Source: a virus
IMG/VR virus record: IMGVR_UViG_3300014720_000016
DNA: 64,000 nucleotides
Direction: 5' to 3' (one strand)
The notes beneath the pieces are model-generated. The model had not been told where the DNA came from. It saw only the letters and a list, made by a program, of their open reading frames with translations, and did no database searches. Shown here piece after piece: positions 36,889 through 46,390 of this stretch. The translations under genes and the position numbers were made by a program. Numbering within the stretch: the stretch's first letter is position 1; each line of letters starts with the position of its first letter.

Positions 36889-38232
36889 TCACTCTGCGCT
36901 GCTTGTTTCTTCTGCGGCAGCGCGCTTAACGATTACAGCGGAATCACATAGCCAGTCTGCAACCTTCTGCCGCTGACTGCGCTGTAGCCATGCAGCATAC
37001 ACAGCAGGCTTGCTCTTCTTGGCTTGCAACTCCTCCTCGGGTGCTACGCCCGGCTGAGCATCGGCGGCTGCATACTTAAGAATATCTTCTTCTTTTAGAA
37101 GCAGCTCTCCGGCGTGAAGATCAAATACGCGATCAAGGATGTCGTTATAGATAAGGACCTCCTTCTGCTCTTCCCGGATGGATTCTGCCAGCTTTGCCGT
37201 CTCGGGCTGAAGCAGCAGATCACTATACTTGACGCCAAACTGCTGGGCAGCAGACTCGCAGAAGCGCAGCAGCTCGGCCTCGTCTACGGGCAGAGGGTTA
37301 GCGGCAACAACCCCCTTGCGTACCTGGATGCGCTTTTGCTGCCTTACATTTGCAGCATTACCACGATCCCACTCTTGGCCGATCTTTTCCCTCAGTGCAT
37401 CGAGGCTGTCGTAACCAGCAGTCTTGGCAAACTCCTCATCAATATCCGGCACAACAGACTCGCATACTTCCTTGACCGTGCAGGTAAAGTTTACTTTTTG
37501 CCCACGGAGATAGCGGTCGTGATGCTTGTCATCATAGGTCTCTTCGAAAGTTACCTGGTCGCCGGCCTTGGCACCAATAACAACCTGGTTGAGCTTGTCG
37601 CTAATTTGGCGACCGCCTTTCATCTTGGGCCGGAATACAAGGTCATTAAACCGGGCACCGTGGATCTCATTGCCATCGCTGTCACTGCCAACAAGATCAA
37701 CAACAACCACATCCTCTGGAGTGACCTCCCGCTCAACAGGCTTGTTTGACGAAGTCTTAAGCTGAAGCACTCGCAGCTGATTTGCAATCGCCGCGTCACG
37801 GTCGCCTTCGTCGACCTCTACAGTAATGCCAAAGTAATCCTTTAGTTCGACCGTTGCTGGGCGGGGCCACGAAACACTGAATTCAAGACAGCCATCCTCT
37901 GCGAACACCCCAAGCCACTTCTTGTCTGGGCGCACGCGATATGCCTCATCTAGCTGTGGGTCTGCACCTGTACGCAGACCGAGAGAATAGATGGCCTCAC
38001 CGGTAGCCTTCATGATCAGCTTCTCGGTTACACCGGAGCGGAACTGAGAACCAAACCGCTTCATAATGAGGTCAAGAGGAACCTGACCTTTTGGGTGAGG
38101 CGGTAGAGCCATGACAGCTTGAAGTCCGCGAGCGGCTTCTTCCATAGCGCCATTGACTGCGTCAGCACCAATCCTGATGAAAACGCGGTGATGAGTGGTG
38201 TCGCTGCGGAGATCAAACGTTGTCATTTTCAT
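36889..38232 (-). CDS. tig: trigger factor-like chaperone
   Basis: Three-domain TF layout, VELKDYFGITVE, FKBP-like core, DIDEEFAK..GYDSLDALREKI; ribosome-binding GFRxGxxP is degenerate (PPHPKGQVP). Confidence 0.8.
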   Translation of the reverse strand: MKMTTFDLRSDTTHHRVFIRIGADAVNGAMEEAARGLQAVMALPPHPKGQVPLDLIMKRFGSQFRSGVTEKLIMKATGEAIYSLGLRTGADPQLDEAYRVRPDKKWLGVFAEDGCLEFSVSWPRPATVELKDYFGITVEVDEGDRDAAIANQLRVLQLKTSSNKPVEREVTPEDVVVVDLVGSDSDGNEIHGARFNDLVFRPKMKGGRQISDKLNQVVIGAKAGDQVTFEETYDDKHHDRYLRGQKVNFTCTVKEVCESVVPDIDEEFAKTAGYDSLDALREKIGQEWDRGNAANVRQQKRIQVRKGVVAANPLPVDEAELLRFCESAAQQFGVKYSDLLLQPETAKLAESIREEQKEVLIYNDILDRVFDLHAGELLLKEEDILKYAAADAQPGVAPEEELQAKKSKPAVYAAWLQRSQRQKVADWLCDSAVIVKRAAAEETSSAE

Positions 38233-38467
38233 TCCTTTTGATTACACGTAGAACATAGCCAGCATGTGGGATACTGGCACACCTAAAGCGGCCTTCGTCG
38301 AAATTCTTGCAAAAGGCAGCCCACTTGTTAGCGGCAGCAAGCTCCCTGTACCAGTTTACAATCGTGCGGTCAGTCAGGCCCAGAATGGCATCTGGCAGAT
38401 CGCTAATCGCCAGAACTACTTCACCCTTGCACCAAACTTCAGTAGAGTATGATTCCATGTATATCAC
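38213..38467 (-). CDS. hypothetical protein
   Basis: 84 aa ORF. Confidence 0.55.
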   Translation of the reverse strand: MIYMESYSTEVWCKGEVVLAISDLPDAILGLTDRTIVNWYRELAAANKWAAFCKNFDEGRFRCASIPHAGYVLRVIKRNENDNV

Positions 38468-38470
38468 CTT

Positions 38471-38668
38471 TTAGTCAGGGATTTTTTCACATCCAGCGGC
38501 ACCTTCGCAGGGGTCACCGTCTACTTCGCCTTCTTCGTCATCGTCATCATCGTCATCATCGTCATCATCAAGGCATGATTCGATGCAGGAGAATAGCGCG
38601 CCAAGGCTGATCAGCGTCACTGCTGCCAGACGGGGGCGTAGTGCCAATAGCTTTAGAAATGCCAACAT
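38471..38668 (-). CDS. small membrane protein with poly-Asp tract
   Basis: Hydrophobic N-terminus followed by about 11 consecutive Asp. Confidence 0.55.
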   Translation of the reverse strand: MLAFLKLLALRPRLAAVTLISLGALFSCIESCLDDDDDDDDDDDEEGEVDGDPCEGAAGCEKIPD

Positions 38669-38779
38669 AGTTCCTCGCAGGTAATTAGCTTTTGCTTTTA
38701 GAGGCAGATTCTACGGCAAATCCATAAATCGCCAGTAGCACATAGAGTGCGTGCACAAAGGCACCAATACAGCGGCGCC

Positions 38780-39349
38780 TCATTCCAGAATCTTTCTGAT
38801 TTCCCTGTCGTTTAAGTACGACTTGCGATACAGCGCCTTGCCTAGTTCCCGTACCTTGGCGTGGTCCCGGTGGATACAGTGGATAGCAGAGTCAACTGCT
38901 GATGCAATCACCTTTCGGGTATTATCGTTGACGCTTGGCGGCAGCATCCTCTGAACAGAGCTGAGCTTATAAGAAAGCAATTCGTTGTCTACATATGCCA
39001 TCATCGGGGCTTCTCTGCCGGTAACAAGCTCGATGCCATTAGAAACATCTGCCCATGTGCCGTACTTAGAGTATGCGCCGAAAAAGTATTGTTCTGCTAC
39101 GGCTCCCGCCAGAACCATGCGGAGAATCAGCCAGCCAGCTTCTGCGTCTGAGAATGCAGAACGATTGCCGTACTCCGAGTGAGCAAGGCCGCCAGTGGCG
39201 TTGAGCCTGATATTGATGTTTTTCCAGAGCTGAGACTTAGACATGAAGTAGGCGTGGCCAGCTTCATGGTAGGCTGTGCGGAGCCTCACCTTGGGAGGCA
39301 TACCGGCAGATGAATACTGCCAATGCAATCTCTTGACGAAATCGAGCAT
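38780..39349 (-). CDS. peptidase M41 (FtsH protease-domain-like), stand-alone
   Basis: RTAYHEAGHA, LAGAVAE, G..AD; start MLDFV with GGAGG SD. Confidence 0.75.
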   Translation of the reverse strand: MLDFVKRLHWQYSSAGMPPKVRLRTAYHEAGHAYFMSKSQLWKNINIRLNATGGLAHSEYGNRSAFSDAEAGWLILRMVLAGAVAEQYFFGAYSKYGTWADVSNGIELVTGREAPMMAYVDNELLSYKLSSVQRMLPPSVNDNTRKVIASAVDSAIHCIHRDHAKVRELGKALYRKSYLNDREIRKILE

Positions 39350-39379
39350 ATTGCCTCCGGTGGTGCGGTACGCCGAGGG

Positions 39380-39412
39380 GGATCGGGCGGGGCCGGGTTT
39401 AGGCCGGCCCCG
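39380..39412 (-). promoter_or_regulatory. CCTAAA-N13-GATCC element, copy 7
   Basis: ggatc-gggcggggccggg-tttaggccggccccg; perfect 12-bp stem. Confidence 0.8.
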
Positions 39413-39422
39413 CCCTGCGACT

Positions 39423-39788
39423 TCAGGTTTTGAAGGTTGAAGTGCGCTTGCTGCGACGGGTATCACGAGCCGGTACGCCAGTAACAACTACGGCAGTAAC
39501 AGCAGACGAGCGGGTAGCGCGCAGAGCTGGAACAAGCGAGCGGCGAGCGCCAGCTGAAAGCGTAAAGAGTACGCCATCAGCAGTCTTGCGCTCAAGGACA
39601 AGACCACGATCTACGAGCGAGCGCAGCGAGCGACGGGCACGAGCATGAACCTGTGTAAGCTCCTGAAGTGAGCGGTCACGAGTAACAAGCGAGCGAAGCA
39701 GGAGCGTAGCTACAGGCCCTAGAGTGCGGCGCGAATCAAACGCGCTGGCCTTACGAGATACACGGCGGGAATCATTGTTCTTTGACAT
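39423..39788 (-). CDS. Arg-rich winged-helix-like DNA-binding protein
   Basis: SLQELT..ARRSLRSLVDRGLVLE..GVLFTLS. Confidence 0.55.
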   Translation of the reverse strand: MSKNNDSRRVSRKASAFDSRRTLGPVATLLLRSLVTRDRSLQELTQVHARARRSLRSLVDRGLVLERKTADGVLFTLSAGARRSLVPALRATRSSAVTAVVVTGVPARDTRRSKRTSTFKT

Positions 39789-39887
39789 TATAATCTATCC
39801 TTTTGGCCGAGTGTTAAACAATGCTTTGGCCAAGCAGCATTGCATTGCGTTTTCCAGCAGAACCACTCTGCTGGAGTAAATCTTCAA

Positions 39888-40544
39888 TCACCTACCCAGC
39901 AGATGCTTGAAATTATCAATCCAATAACGAGAATCATGAAATTTTGCAGCTTCGGTTTCGGTTATATGATTGCCTGCGATTGCTGCACTACGGCAGGCTT
40001 TGCCGAATCCAACCTGACGCTGGCTAACTCCGCTTAGGTTGGGTAGCCCAGTAGATGTTTGTGTGCTACTCTTGGGCGCCAACTTCAGGGCACGAATGCT
40101 GTCCTCGATAGCAGCTTTTTGTAGCCGCAGGTTGTGCGTAGCGTTAGCTGCTGCGATCTTTTCTCGTTCCCTAGCAGGAGTCCAGAAAGGAACCATTTTC
40201 CACTTTTTATTTGTTTGTCGATAATGGTTTGCCACAGCATCCGCAAGGCTATAGTTGGGCTCGGTGAAGTAAGGGGAATCGACGTTGCTGTTCGTGCTGA
40301 CACACGAAAGACTATACGCTGGCGAAGTGCCATCGCACGCCGGACAGTCAATGGTGTCCAGGCAATCCTTCCACGGAAAGGCTACACCCGTGCCATTGCA
40401 CTCCAGACATCCACCCTCTTGCAACCACTTGTAGATATCTTCCGAGATAAAGCGAAACCGCAATTCGATTTCGGTTTTGACTGCCTCGTCTATCTTTGTA
40501 ACGATCACTGCCAGGTCGGATTGAAGCTCTTCTATGCTTTTCAT
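39888..40544 (-). CDS. hypothetical protein with DnaJ-like CxxCxGxG motifs
   Basis: CLECNGTG, CPACDGT. Confidence 0.65.
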   Translation of the reverse strand: MKSIEELQSDLAVIVTKIDEAVKTEIELRFRFISEDIYKWLQEGGCLECNGTGVAFPWKDCLDTIDCPACDGTSPAYSLSCVSTNSNVDSPYFTEPNYSLADAVANHYRQTNKKWKMVPFWTPAREREKIAAANATHNLRLQKAAIEDSIRALKLAPKSSTQTSTGLPNLSGVSQRQVGFGKACRSAAIAGNHITETEAAKFHDSRYWIDNFKHLLGR

Positions 40545-40996
40545 TTCCGCTCCGTAATATAAAACTTGTCGGTTAACTCAAGTCCAAATTCGCCTAGATT
40601 GACTACCTGCTCCAAAGCAACAATGGGCGGGCTTCCGGGACGGAGAGCTTGCCAGTCAATGCTTAGATGCCAATCCGTGCCCCCTTCTACCCACATACGA
40701 CCAGGCGCAAAATAAATATCTTCGCCGCGGTGGTTTGCAGACAGCTTGTAGGTCTGGGCGTAGCTGGGTACCAGCGGACATTGTCCCTTGGAATTGAGCG
40801 TAAAAAATCTTACGTCTACTTTGTCTGAGGCACTGCCTTCGCTATAGCGCAGATCTACTGCACATGTCCCGGGTGGATTTATACAGATCCAGTCTAGACA
40901 GCAGTTGAATGTATCTGCATACCTCTTTAATTTCTGCCTGTTAAATACGGTCAAGTCCTGAACATCTAGAATGGTTCTTGCTTTTTCAAGCTTCAT
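40541..40996 (-). CDS. hypothetical protein, MKL-start family
   Basis: MKLEKARTIL. Confidence 0.65.
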   Translation of the reverse strand: MKLEKARTILDVQDLTVFNRQKLKRYADTFNCCLDWICINPPGTCAVDLRYSEGSASDKVDVRFFTLNSKGQCPLVPSYAQTYKLSANHRGEDIYFAPGRMWVEGGTDWHLSIDWQALRPGSPPIVALEQVVNLGEFGLELTDKFYITERK

Positions 40997-41198
40997 CGGC
41001 AGCCTCCGCTTTATCGACTGGCTGCAAGCTCAAGCACAGAACCCAGAACGTAGGCTGTCCTAACCACGCGATGCTCGAATATTCTAGATTCAGGAACTGA
41101 TTAAAAACACTATTCTTGGCCTGTGCAAGAGTATCTGCGCGAATCAGTGCAGTTCCCGTTGCCTCGCCAGATCTAAGACTGGCTTTCCATAGCGCCAT
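40986..41198 (-). CDS. hypothetical protein
   Basis: 70 aa ORF. Confidence 0.55.
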   Translation of the reverse strand: MALWKASLRSGEATGTALIRADTLAQAKNSVFNQFLNLEYSSIAWLGQPTFWVLCLSLQPVDKAEAADEA

Positions 41199-41242
41199 TC
41201 AACGCTCTCGCTTTCTGCTCTTGCAGTTATACTTTGCGTTTT

Positions 41243-41671
41243 TCAGTGAATTGATTTAGCTGGCTGCCAAAATTCCTCTACTAGCAGCACGTCTGAAGAG
41301 CTAACCAGCACTAGAAAGCTATTGCGGTCGGCGCAGTAGTAGGAAGAGGCATACCCTAGTTCAGACAGGTGCGCGTGAGTACTAGGCATCTCGGGCAAAT
41401 TCTTGCAACCCAAAGAGTAGTCTAGGTATGCAGTGAATACGTCTGGATCATCGCTTCTGATTGCTACCAGTTTGCCGCGAGACAAAAAAGCCGTCACGGC
41501 AGCACCCGATGGACACAAATAAGATCCCTGCTTAACTGCCTTGCCCAGGTAATCGGCCGGCTGGAGACTGTACCTGGTGAAATCACAGGCAACACCTGGC
41601 AGCTCTATATTCGTTGGCGGTGAATAGCAAGAAGTCAACAAGAAAAGAAAAAGACTACTCAGCTTCTTCAT
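41243..41671 (-). CDS. putative lipoprotein
   Basis: MKKLSSLFLFLLTSC lipobox. Confidence 0.65.
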   Translation of the reverse strand: MKKLSSLFLFLLTSCYSPPTNIELPGVACDFTRYSLQPADYLGKAVKQGSYLCPSGAAVTAFLSRGKLVAIRSDDPDVFTAYLDYSLGCKNLPEMPSTHAHLSELGYASSYYCADRNSFLVLVSSSDVLLVEEFWQPAKSIH

Positions 41672-41852
41672 ATAATCCTGGGAATGAACCAAACAGCATG
41701 GCGATTGCAGAGGTAAACGTAAAGTGGACGAGGTATATACTGCAACCTAGGGCGACAAAGGAGCCCAGCAAATTAGGTGATTCCACCGTGCGTAGATATA
41801 CCTCCCACCACGATAACACAGCGACGTATAACACAAAAATCAATAAATCCAT
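41655..41852 (-). CDS. small membrane protein (2 TM)
   Basis: Start MDLLIF after AAGGA. Confidence 0.55.
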   Translation of the reverse strand: MDLLIFVLYVAVLSWWEVYLRTVESPNLLGSFVALGCSIYLVHFTFTSAIAMLFGSFPGLYEEAE

Positions 41853-41894
41853 TTGCATCCTTGTTGCTGTATGGCGACCCCGCATCGGCGGACG

Positions 41895-41927
41895 GGATCG
41901 GCGGGGGCCGGGTTTAGGCCCGGCCCG
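41895..41927 (-). promoter_or_regulatory. CCTAAA-N13-GATCC element, copy 8
   Basis: ggatc-ggcgggggccggg-tttaggcccggcccg. Confidence 0.8.
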
Positions 41928-41932
41928 TGATG

Positions 41933-43123
41933 TTAGTCGCAATTTCCTGCGAATCTAGAGGTAAGACTGTTTACCATTTGCTCTGGACGAACGGAGAGGT
42001 CGTCAAGCCATCCGTTGCAACCAGCAGCTATATTTGCAAAAGAGTTATGGAAATGGCGTAGCGTGTAAACACCGACTGTATAATCGTTTTCTTCACAGCT
42101 CTCAATCAGGCGAGGGGTGTCACTAGGCGCATACACTTGGTAATACTCGTCAGTAAAGATTATGACTGCTCTTTCCTCCGTTAGCCAGCTCTCTTCTTCC
42201 AGGAATCTAAGCGTGGCATTCGCTGCGTACTCCAAACCTCCCGCATGATAGGTAAGACCCAGCATGTCTGCGCAGGCATCAGTGGCTGAAGAAAATGGAG
42301 AGATCATGAGGTACTCCTCCCTTCTGCCAGAAATACCAAAGGCCGCTACGCCAAATATATCCTGCGGTCTAGAAAGTGACCAGTTACAGAGGGCGGTTTC
42401 TACACTGTCGATGTATACGTCCATTGACCCGCTGTAGTCAATAACAAGCAAAAACGAGCGGGGTTCAGAGTCATCGCTGGCTTCATCCACAAGCCCATCG
42501 CAATCATCGTCAAGCCTGTTACCACACTCCTCATCCCGAGGGGTAATCATACCCTCGTATACTTGGATGCCGTCTACACATCGAGCTACGCCAGCACGGC
42601 AGATGCCTACATTGACGGTTGAAATATCGCCATCATATACAAATGGCGGAACCGTTAAAGTCATGCTCGGATCCATGCCATTTACCAGCCCATCGCAGTC
42701 CTCGTCCTCGAACTGGGCATCACATATCTCTGGCCTGGAAAAGCCTGGGTCGCATACTAGCTCGCCATCAATGCAGATGGTATTTGCATTCTTGCATGCG
42801 CCTTGTTCCGTATAGCGGCAGCGATTTCTTGAATCGCCCGGATGAATAACTATATTCGCCTCTGTTGTCGAGGGGTCGCAGTCGTCGTCCTCGAAGAAAC
42901 CGCATATCTCTTGTGTTGTTGGCGGGATGTAGTCCGGGCAAGAGGGAACGCCGTCAGCATCACATACTGATACCGATGGCCTACATGTAGCTGCAAGCGC
43001 CTCCTCGTTCAGCAGAAGCTCTCTTAGACGCACGGCACATGGCACACCGCACTTGTTTTCTGGAACCAGGATCTCATCAGAGCAGGCGGAAACCAGCAGA
43101 CACAACAGCAATAAATTGCGCAT
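41933..43123 (-). CDS. Cys-rich lipoprotein with E.C...DDDCDG..DE repeats and C-terminal VWA domain
   Basis: MRNLLLLCLLVSAC lipobox; EIC..EDDDCD, EICD..DEDCDGLVN, EECGNRLDDDCDGLVDE; DYSGSM and IFTDE. Confidence 0.8.
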   Translation of the reverse strand: MRNLLLLCLLVSACSDEILVPENKCGVPCAVRLRELLLNEEALAATCRPSVSVCDADGVPSCPDYIPPTTQEICGFFEDDDCDPSTTEANIVIHPGDSRNRCRYTEQGACKNANTICIDGELVCDPGFSRPEICDAQFEDEDCDGLVNGMDPSMTLTVPPFVYDGDISTVNVGICRAGVARCVDGIQVYEGMITPRDEECGNRLDDDCDGLVDEASDDSEPRSFLLVIDYSGSMDVYIDSVETALCNWSLSRPQDIFGVAAFGISGRREEYLMISPFSSATDACADMLGLTYHAGGLEYAANATLRFLEEESWLTEERAVIIFTDEYYQVYAPSDTPRLIESCEENDYTVGVYTLRHFHNSFANIAAGCNGWLDDLSVRPEQMVNSLTSRFAGNCD

Positions 43124-43133
43124 ACGGCCTTTC

Positions 43134-43547
43134 TTAGGCGGAAAATGATTCGCCAATTTTTCGCAGTAGACTGTTGTTACAGCAGGAGCGCTTCCTGCTG
43201 CCAACTGCAACCTCAAGGCTTTTGCCGCACGCCTTGCAGGAAAGAAGATCAAATACTAACAGCCTGCCTACAGCTACAAGAGCATCAAGCTGTCGCTTTA
43301 CATCAGCAGCGCTGCCAAGGACAAGTAGATCACTTAGGCGGCTATTGCCAAGACCAAGGCCGGATCGCTCCAATACAAGCGCGGCAATGGCATTACCCAG
43401 CTCATCTGGCGGCGCTGCGCCGCCATCCTCTAAGTGATCGTTCTTGCCTTTAGCGTATTTGCGCTCGGCAGAAGCGTGTCTGCCCGCACCGCGACCCCCG
43501 GCAAGGTGAGAGGCCAGAGCCGTATTCCTAGCTTTTAGCTTGCTCAT
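43134..43547 (-). CDS. hypothetical protein with C-terminal Cys motifs
   Basis: 137 aa, CKAC...CC. Confidence 0.55.
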   Translation of the reverse strand: MSKLKARNTALASHLAGGRGAGRHASAERKYAKGKNDHLEDGGAAPPDELGNAIAALVLERSGLGLGNSRLSDLLVLGSAADVKRQLDALVAVGRLLVFDLLSCKACGKSLEVAVGSRKRSCCNNSLLRKIGESFSA

Positions 43548-43551
43548 TGCG

Positions 43552-43773
43552 CTAACCCTTTAGCTTCTTTTTTATTTCAACTACTTCGTCAGCCAACCGG
43601 CTGATTTCGTCCTTGTTAGCGTGAAAGGCAGATTCTTGTAGCCTGGCAATACGGGCGCGAACTTCTTCTTCACAAGTACGCTCCAACAGTAGGCCAAGGG
43701 TGTTTAATGCGGTTTTCCTTAGGATATCTTCTACGTTCTTCATCAAGGTACCCTCCGGAAATATGTAGGTCAA
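43552..43773 (-). CDS. hypothetical protein
   Basis: Small helical ORF. Confidence 0.55.
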   Translation of the reverse strand: MTYIFPEGTLMKNVEDILRKTALNTLGLLLERTCEEEVRARIARLQESAFHANKDEISRLADEVVEIKKKLKG

Positions 43774-43791
43774 TGTGTTACATAATTTGCG

Positions 43792-44034
43792 TTAACTGTC
43801 ACTGTTATTAGCAGAATTACCATCTGTACCTTTTAGGATATCTTCTATTGGTCCCTGAATCGAACTGTGAGGTACTAGCTCGCCTCTCATCCACTTGGCT
43901 ACGGTTTTAGTGTCTACCCCGATAAGCTCGGCGACTGCTCCTAGGTTTAAGGAGTTTGAGGTCGCAAAGCGAATAATAATACGGCGAAACAGTTCTTGCT
44001 GGGTCAAATGACTTCTCCGATCTGGCCAGGCCAT
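43792..44034 (-). CDS. XRE/Cro-like HTH protein
   Basis: LGAVAELIGVDTKTVAKWMRGELVP. Confidence 0.75.
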   Translation of the reverse strand: MAWPDRRSHLTQQELFRRIIIRFATSNSLNLGAVAELIGVDTKTVAKWMRGELVPHSSIQGPIEDILKGTDGNSANNSDS

Positions 44035-44438
44035 GGATTTTTTTCGCCTACATAATAGGTGCTCTCAAAACCAAATCCACCCCAAGGGGCTACTTGAGAC
44101 CTAGAAAACTCCCACATAGTTTCGTCTAGCTTACATAACAAGGGATGTTTTTCTAGTGGCTCGAGGCTACCTCTAAGCTTTACTAAGAACAACTCTTCCT
44201 TGCTTACATGACAAGACAGCTGTACTGTTTTGTACATCCTCTCTACCAGACTTCCATTTCCTATACACCAGTCGGTATCCCCGTAGCGGGGGCGGAATCT
44301 AACACCTATTCGCTTCCGGTTGCCTTCCCTTAGTTTTGCAAGCGCAACTCTCCAGGTGGAATCTAGATCCTGCCTATCCGACGCAGACATCAGATCCTCT
44401 ATGTCACATGCTATTAGGGCAGCGAGCAATAACTTCAT
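44004..44438 (-). CDS. hypothetical protein, MKL-start family
   Basis: MKLLLAALI. Confidence 0.65.
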   Translation of the reverse strand: MKLLLAALIACDIEDLMSASDRQDLDSTWRVALAKLREGNRKRIGVRFRPRYGDTDWCIGNGSLVERMYKTVQLSCHVSKEELFLVKLRGSLEPLEKHPLLCKLDETMWEFSRSQVAPWGGFGFESTYYVGEKNPWPGQIGEVI

Positions 44439-44950
44439 AGCAGCGACGGGTTGTATGATAGCGTTTTCATGTAGTGCCGTGCAGCTTCTAGTGCGGCCTT
44501 TGCATCGTCTGGAGCCCGGTGTGTGCCTGCCCTGTGCCTTATTGAAGACCCAAGGTCTTCAAGTACCATGTCTATGGTAGTCAGGTCAAACATCCTGTGG
44601 TTGAGCTTTGAGGCAAAATGCGGTAGGTAGCAGGCAATCCACTCTCGATCTACGTACACAGATTGGCCTGCAAGGATAATATCACCGGGGAAAGAGCGGA
44701 CAAAGGAGCATAATTCAGCGTCAACTTGCTCCGCCTCTTTGCCATCGACAATCAGGTCCATTAGACCGCTGTTGGCATGGACTCGCTCACTCCAGTCACT
44801 AAACTCGATTTCATCCCAGTAAAAAGCTGCGTGATATTTGCCCAGTTGCTTTAGACGTGGATCTGCTGCAATCGCAGCAATCTCTAACGGCCTATGAACG
44901 CGCGGATCTAGCCCGCTAAACTCCATGTCTAAAAAAAGGAATGTTTTCAC
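44435..44950 (-). CDS. orn: oligoribonuclease (DEDDh)
   Basis: LDMEFSGLDP, LEIA, H..SGL, LAGQSVYVDR, HRAPDD. Confidence 0.85.
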   Translation of the reverse strand: MKTFLFLDMEFSGLDPRVHRPLEIAAIAADPRLKQLGKYHAAFYWDEIEFSDWSERVHANSGLMDLIVDGKEAEQVDAELCSFVRSFPGDIILAGQSVYVDREWIACYLPHFASKLNHRMFDLTTIDMVLEDLGSSIRHRAGTHRAPDDAKAALEAARHYMKTLSYNPSLL

Positions 44951-45696
44951 TTGGCTTCTTTCTTGTAAGGCGCGGCATACTGCGCACCCGGAACGGATGC
45001 ATAATGTACCTTACCACCTTCAAGAACTGCGGCGGCCAAGCGCCCGCCTACTACGCAACCAAGATCAAGGCCCGAGGTATTGCTTGTCAAGCGTGGCTCT
45101 TCTTGCAACCAGGGCTGATGACCATAGAATACATGGCCCCATCTCCCATCGTAAATATCCGCCCAAAACTGGCAGGTGTCATCTTCGCCGCCAAGCCTAA
45201 CCATTCGGCCATTCTTGACATACCGGCAGTAGATTAGCGCACTGGCGCCTTCAATATCTGAATCTTCCATTGCGCCAGCCGGAGGCAGGTGCTGCATTCC
45301 CGGCTCAAAGCCGGCATGAACAACAATACCATTGTACTGACTGAGCGGAGCCCACAGGGCCGCCCGAGAAAGCCATTCTACGTCCGAGTCATCCAGTGCT
45401 CGTAGGGTCTTTAGCATATGCGCAGCGTACCTGTGCTCAAGTGCTCGCTGCGGGTCTTTCTTGTACTTCCTGGCAAACTTTACGAATTTAACTTCGTGAT
45501 TTCCTTTGATACGAACCAACTGACCATCGCTCTCCAACTGGCGTAGAAACCGGACAACCTGAGCTGACTCTGGCCCCTTGTCTACCGCGTCGGAAGCTCC
45601 AACTACAATGTCTCCACGACCGAAGCCAACTTCCTTTAGAAGCGACCGCAGCTCGTCATAGCATCCGTGAATGTCGGTCAGTATAATTTCTCTCAT
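44947..45696 (-). CDS. calcineurin-like metallophosphoesterase (ApaH/PrpE-like)
   Basis: DIHGC, DAVDKGP, GNHE, VHAG, YGHQ, LDLGCV.GG. Confidence 0.88.
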   Translation of the reverse strand: MREIILTDIHGCYDELRSLLKEVGFGRGDIVVGASDAVDKGPESAQVVRFLRQLESDGQLVRIKGNHEVKFVKFARKYKKDPQRALEHRYAAHMLKTLRALDDSDVEWLSRAALWAPLSQYNGIVVHAGFEPGMQHLPPAGAMEDSDIEGASALIYCRYVKNGRMVRLGGEDDTCQFWADIYDGRWGHVFYGHQPWLQEEPRLTSNTSGLDLGCVVGGRLAAAVLEGGKVHYASVPGAQYAAPYKKEAK

Positions 45697-45702
45697 CGCT
45701 AC

Positions 45703-46155
45703 TTACTTTTTAATTAGCTCAGGAACGGAAAGAATTGGCATTCCCATGTGAGCTAAGATGCCGTGATCATTGAGGATTTTTACGAAGGCGGCGCTTTCGG
45801 GTAGAGCACCGACATTAAACACTGGCGCGAGGCGCTTCTCTTTGCTAGATACAATAGGATGCCATTGATCTTTTCTCTGGATAAGCGTGAAGCCGAAACT
45901 CCGCTTGCTTCTCTCCTCCATTCTTGGCACACAGAGAGCATGGTGATAAAGCCACATATCTGGTTTACCGTTCGACCCAATAGAGGCCCAGCCGACACAG
46001 ATACTTCTGCCTGTTTTTGACTCGGAGGTCAGCGGGATGGCCCTGTCAGCAGCGTCAAGTACGCTATCCAGTAGTGGCCACTTGTGCGCCTCACTCATGT
46101 AGTTGCGATTAAGCTCTAGCGTAAAGAACTTATTGTTCCAGTATTCAAGCTTCAT
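45703..46155 (-). CDS. hypothetical protein, MKL-start family
   Basis: MKLEYW. Confidence 0.65.
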   Translation of the reverse strand: MKLEYWNNKFFTLELNRNYMSEAHKWPLLDSVLDAADRAIPLTSESKTGRSICVGWASIGSNGKPDMWLYHHALCVPRMEERSKRSFGFTLIQRKDQWHPIVSSKEKRLAPVFNVGALPESAAFVKILNDHGILAHMGMPILSVPELIKK

Positions 46156-46390
46156 ATGGTGCTACGCTCGTTGCCGGCACTTCTACCGCCAGCTTTGTAC
46201 GGTGGAAAGCGCAGAGCAGGCTATCACCAGAGGTGGAAAGCACGCGGGCCACATCTCCCTTCTCTGCGGCAACATATTCATACGCAGAGCCATGCCTAAT
46301 GAAGTCAGCTACCGGGCCTGAGTCGTCGGAGATTACAATGCGATTCAGAGCGACCACGAGATTAGGATCTGTCTTGGATTTCTTTTTCAT
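46145..46390 (-). CDS. hypothetical protein
   Basis: 81 aa ORF. Confidence 0.55.
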   Translation of the reverse strand: MKKKSKTDPNLVVALNRIVISDDSGPVADFIRHGSAYEYVAAEKGDVARVLSTSGDSLLCAFHRTKLAVEVPATSVAPYEA

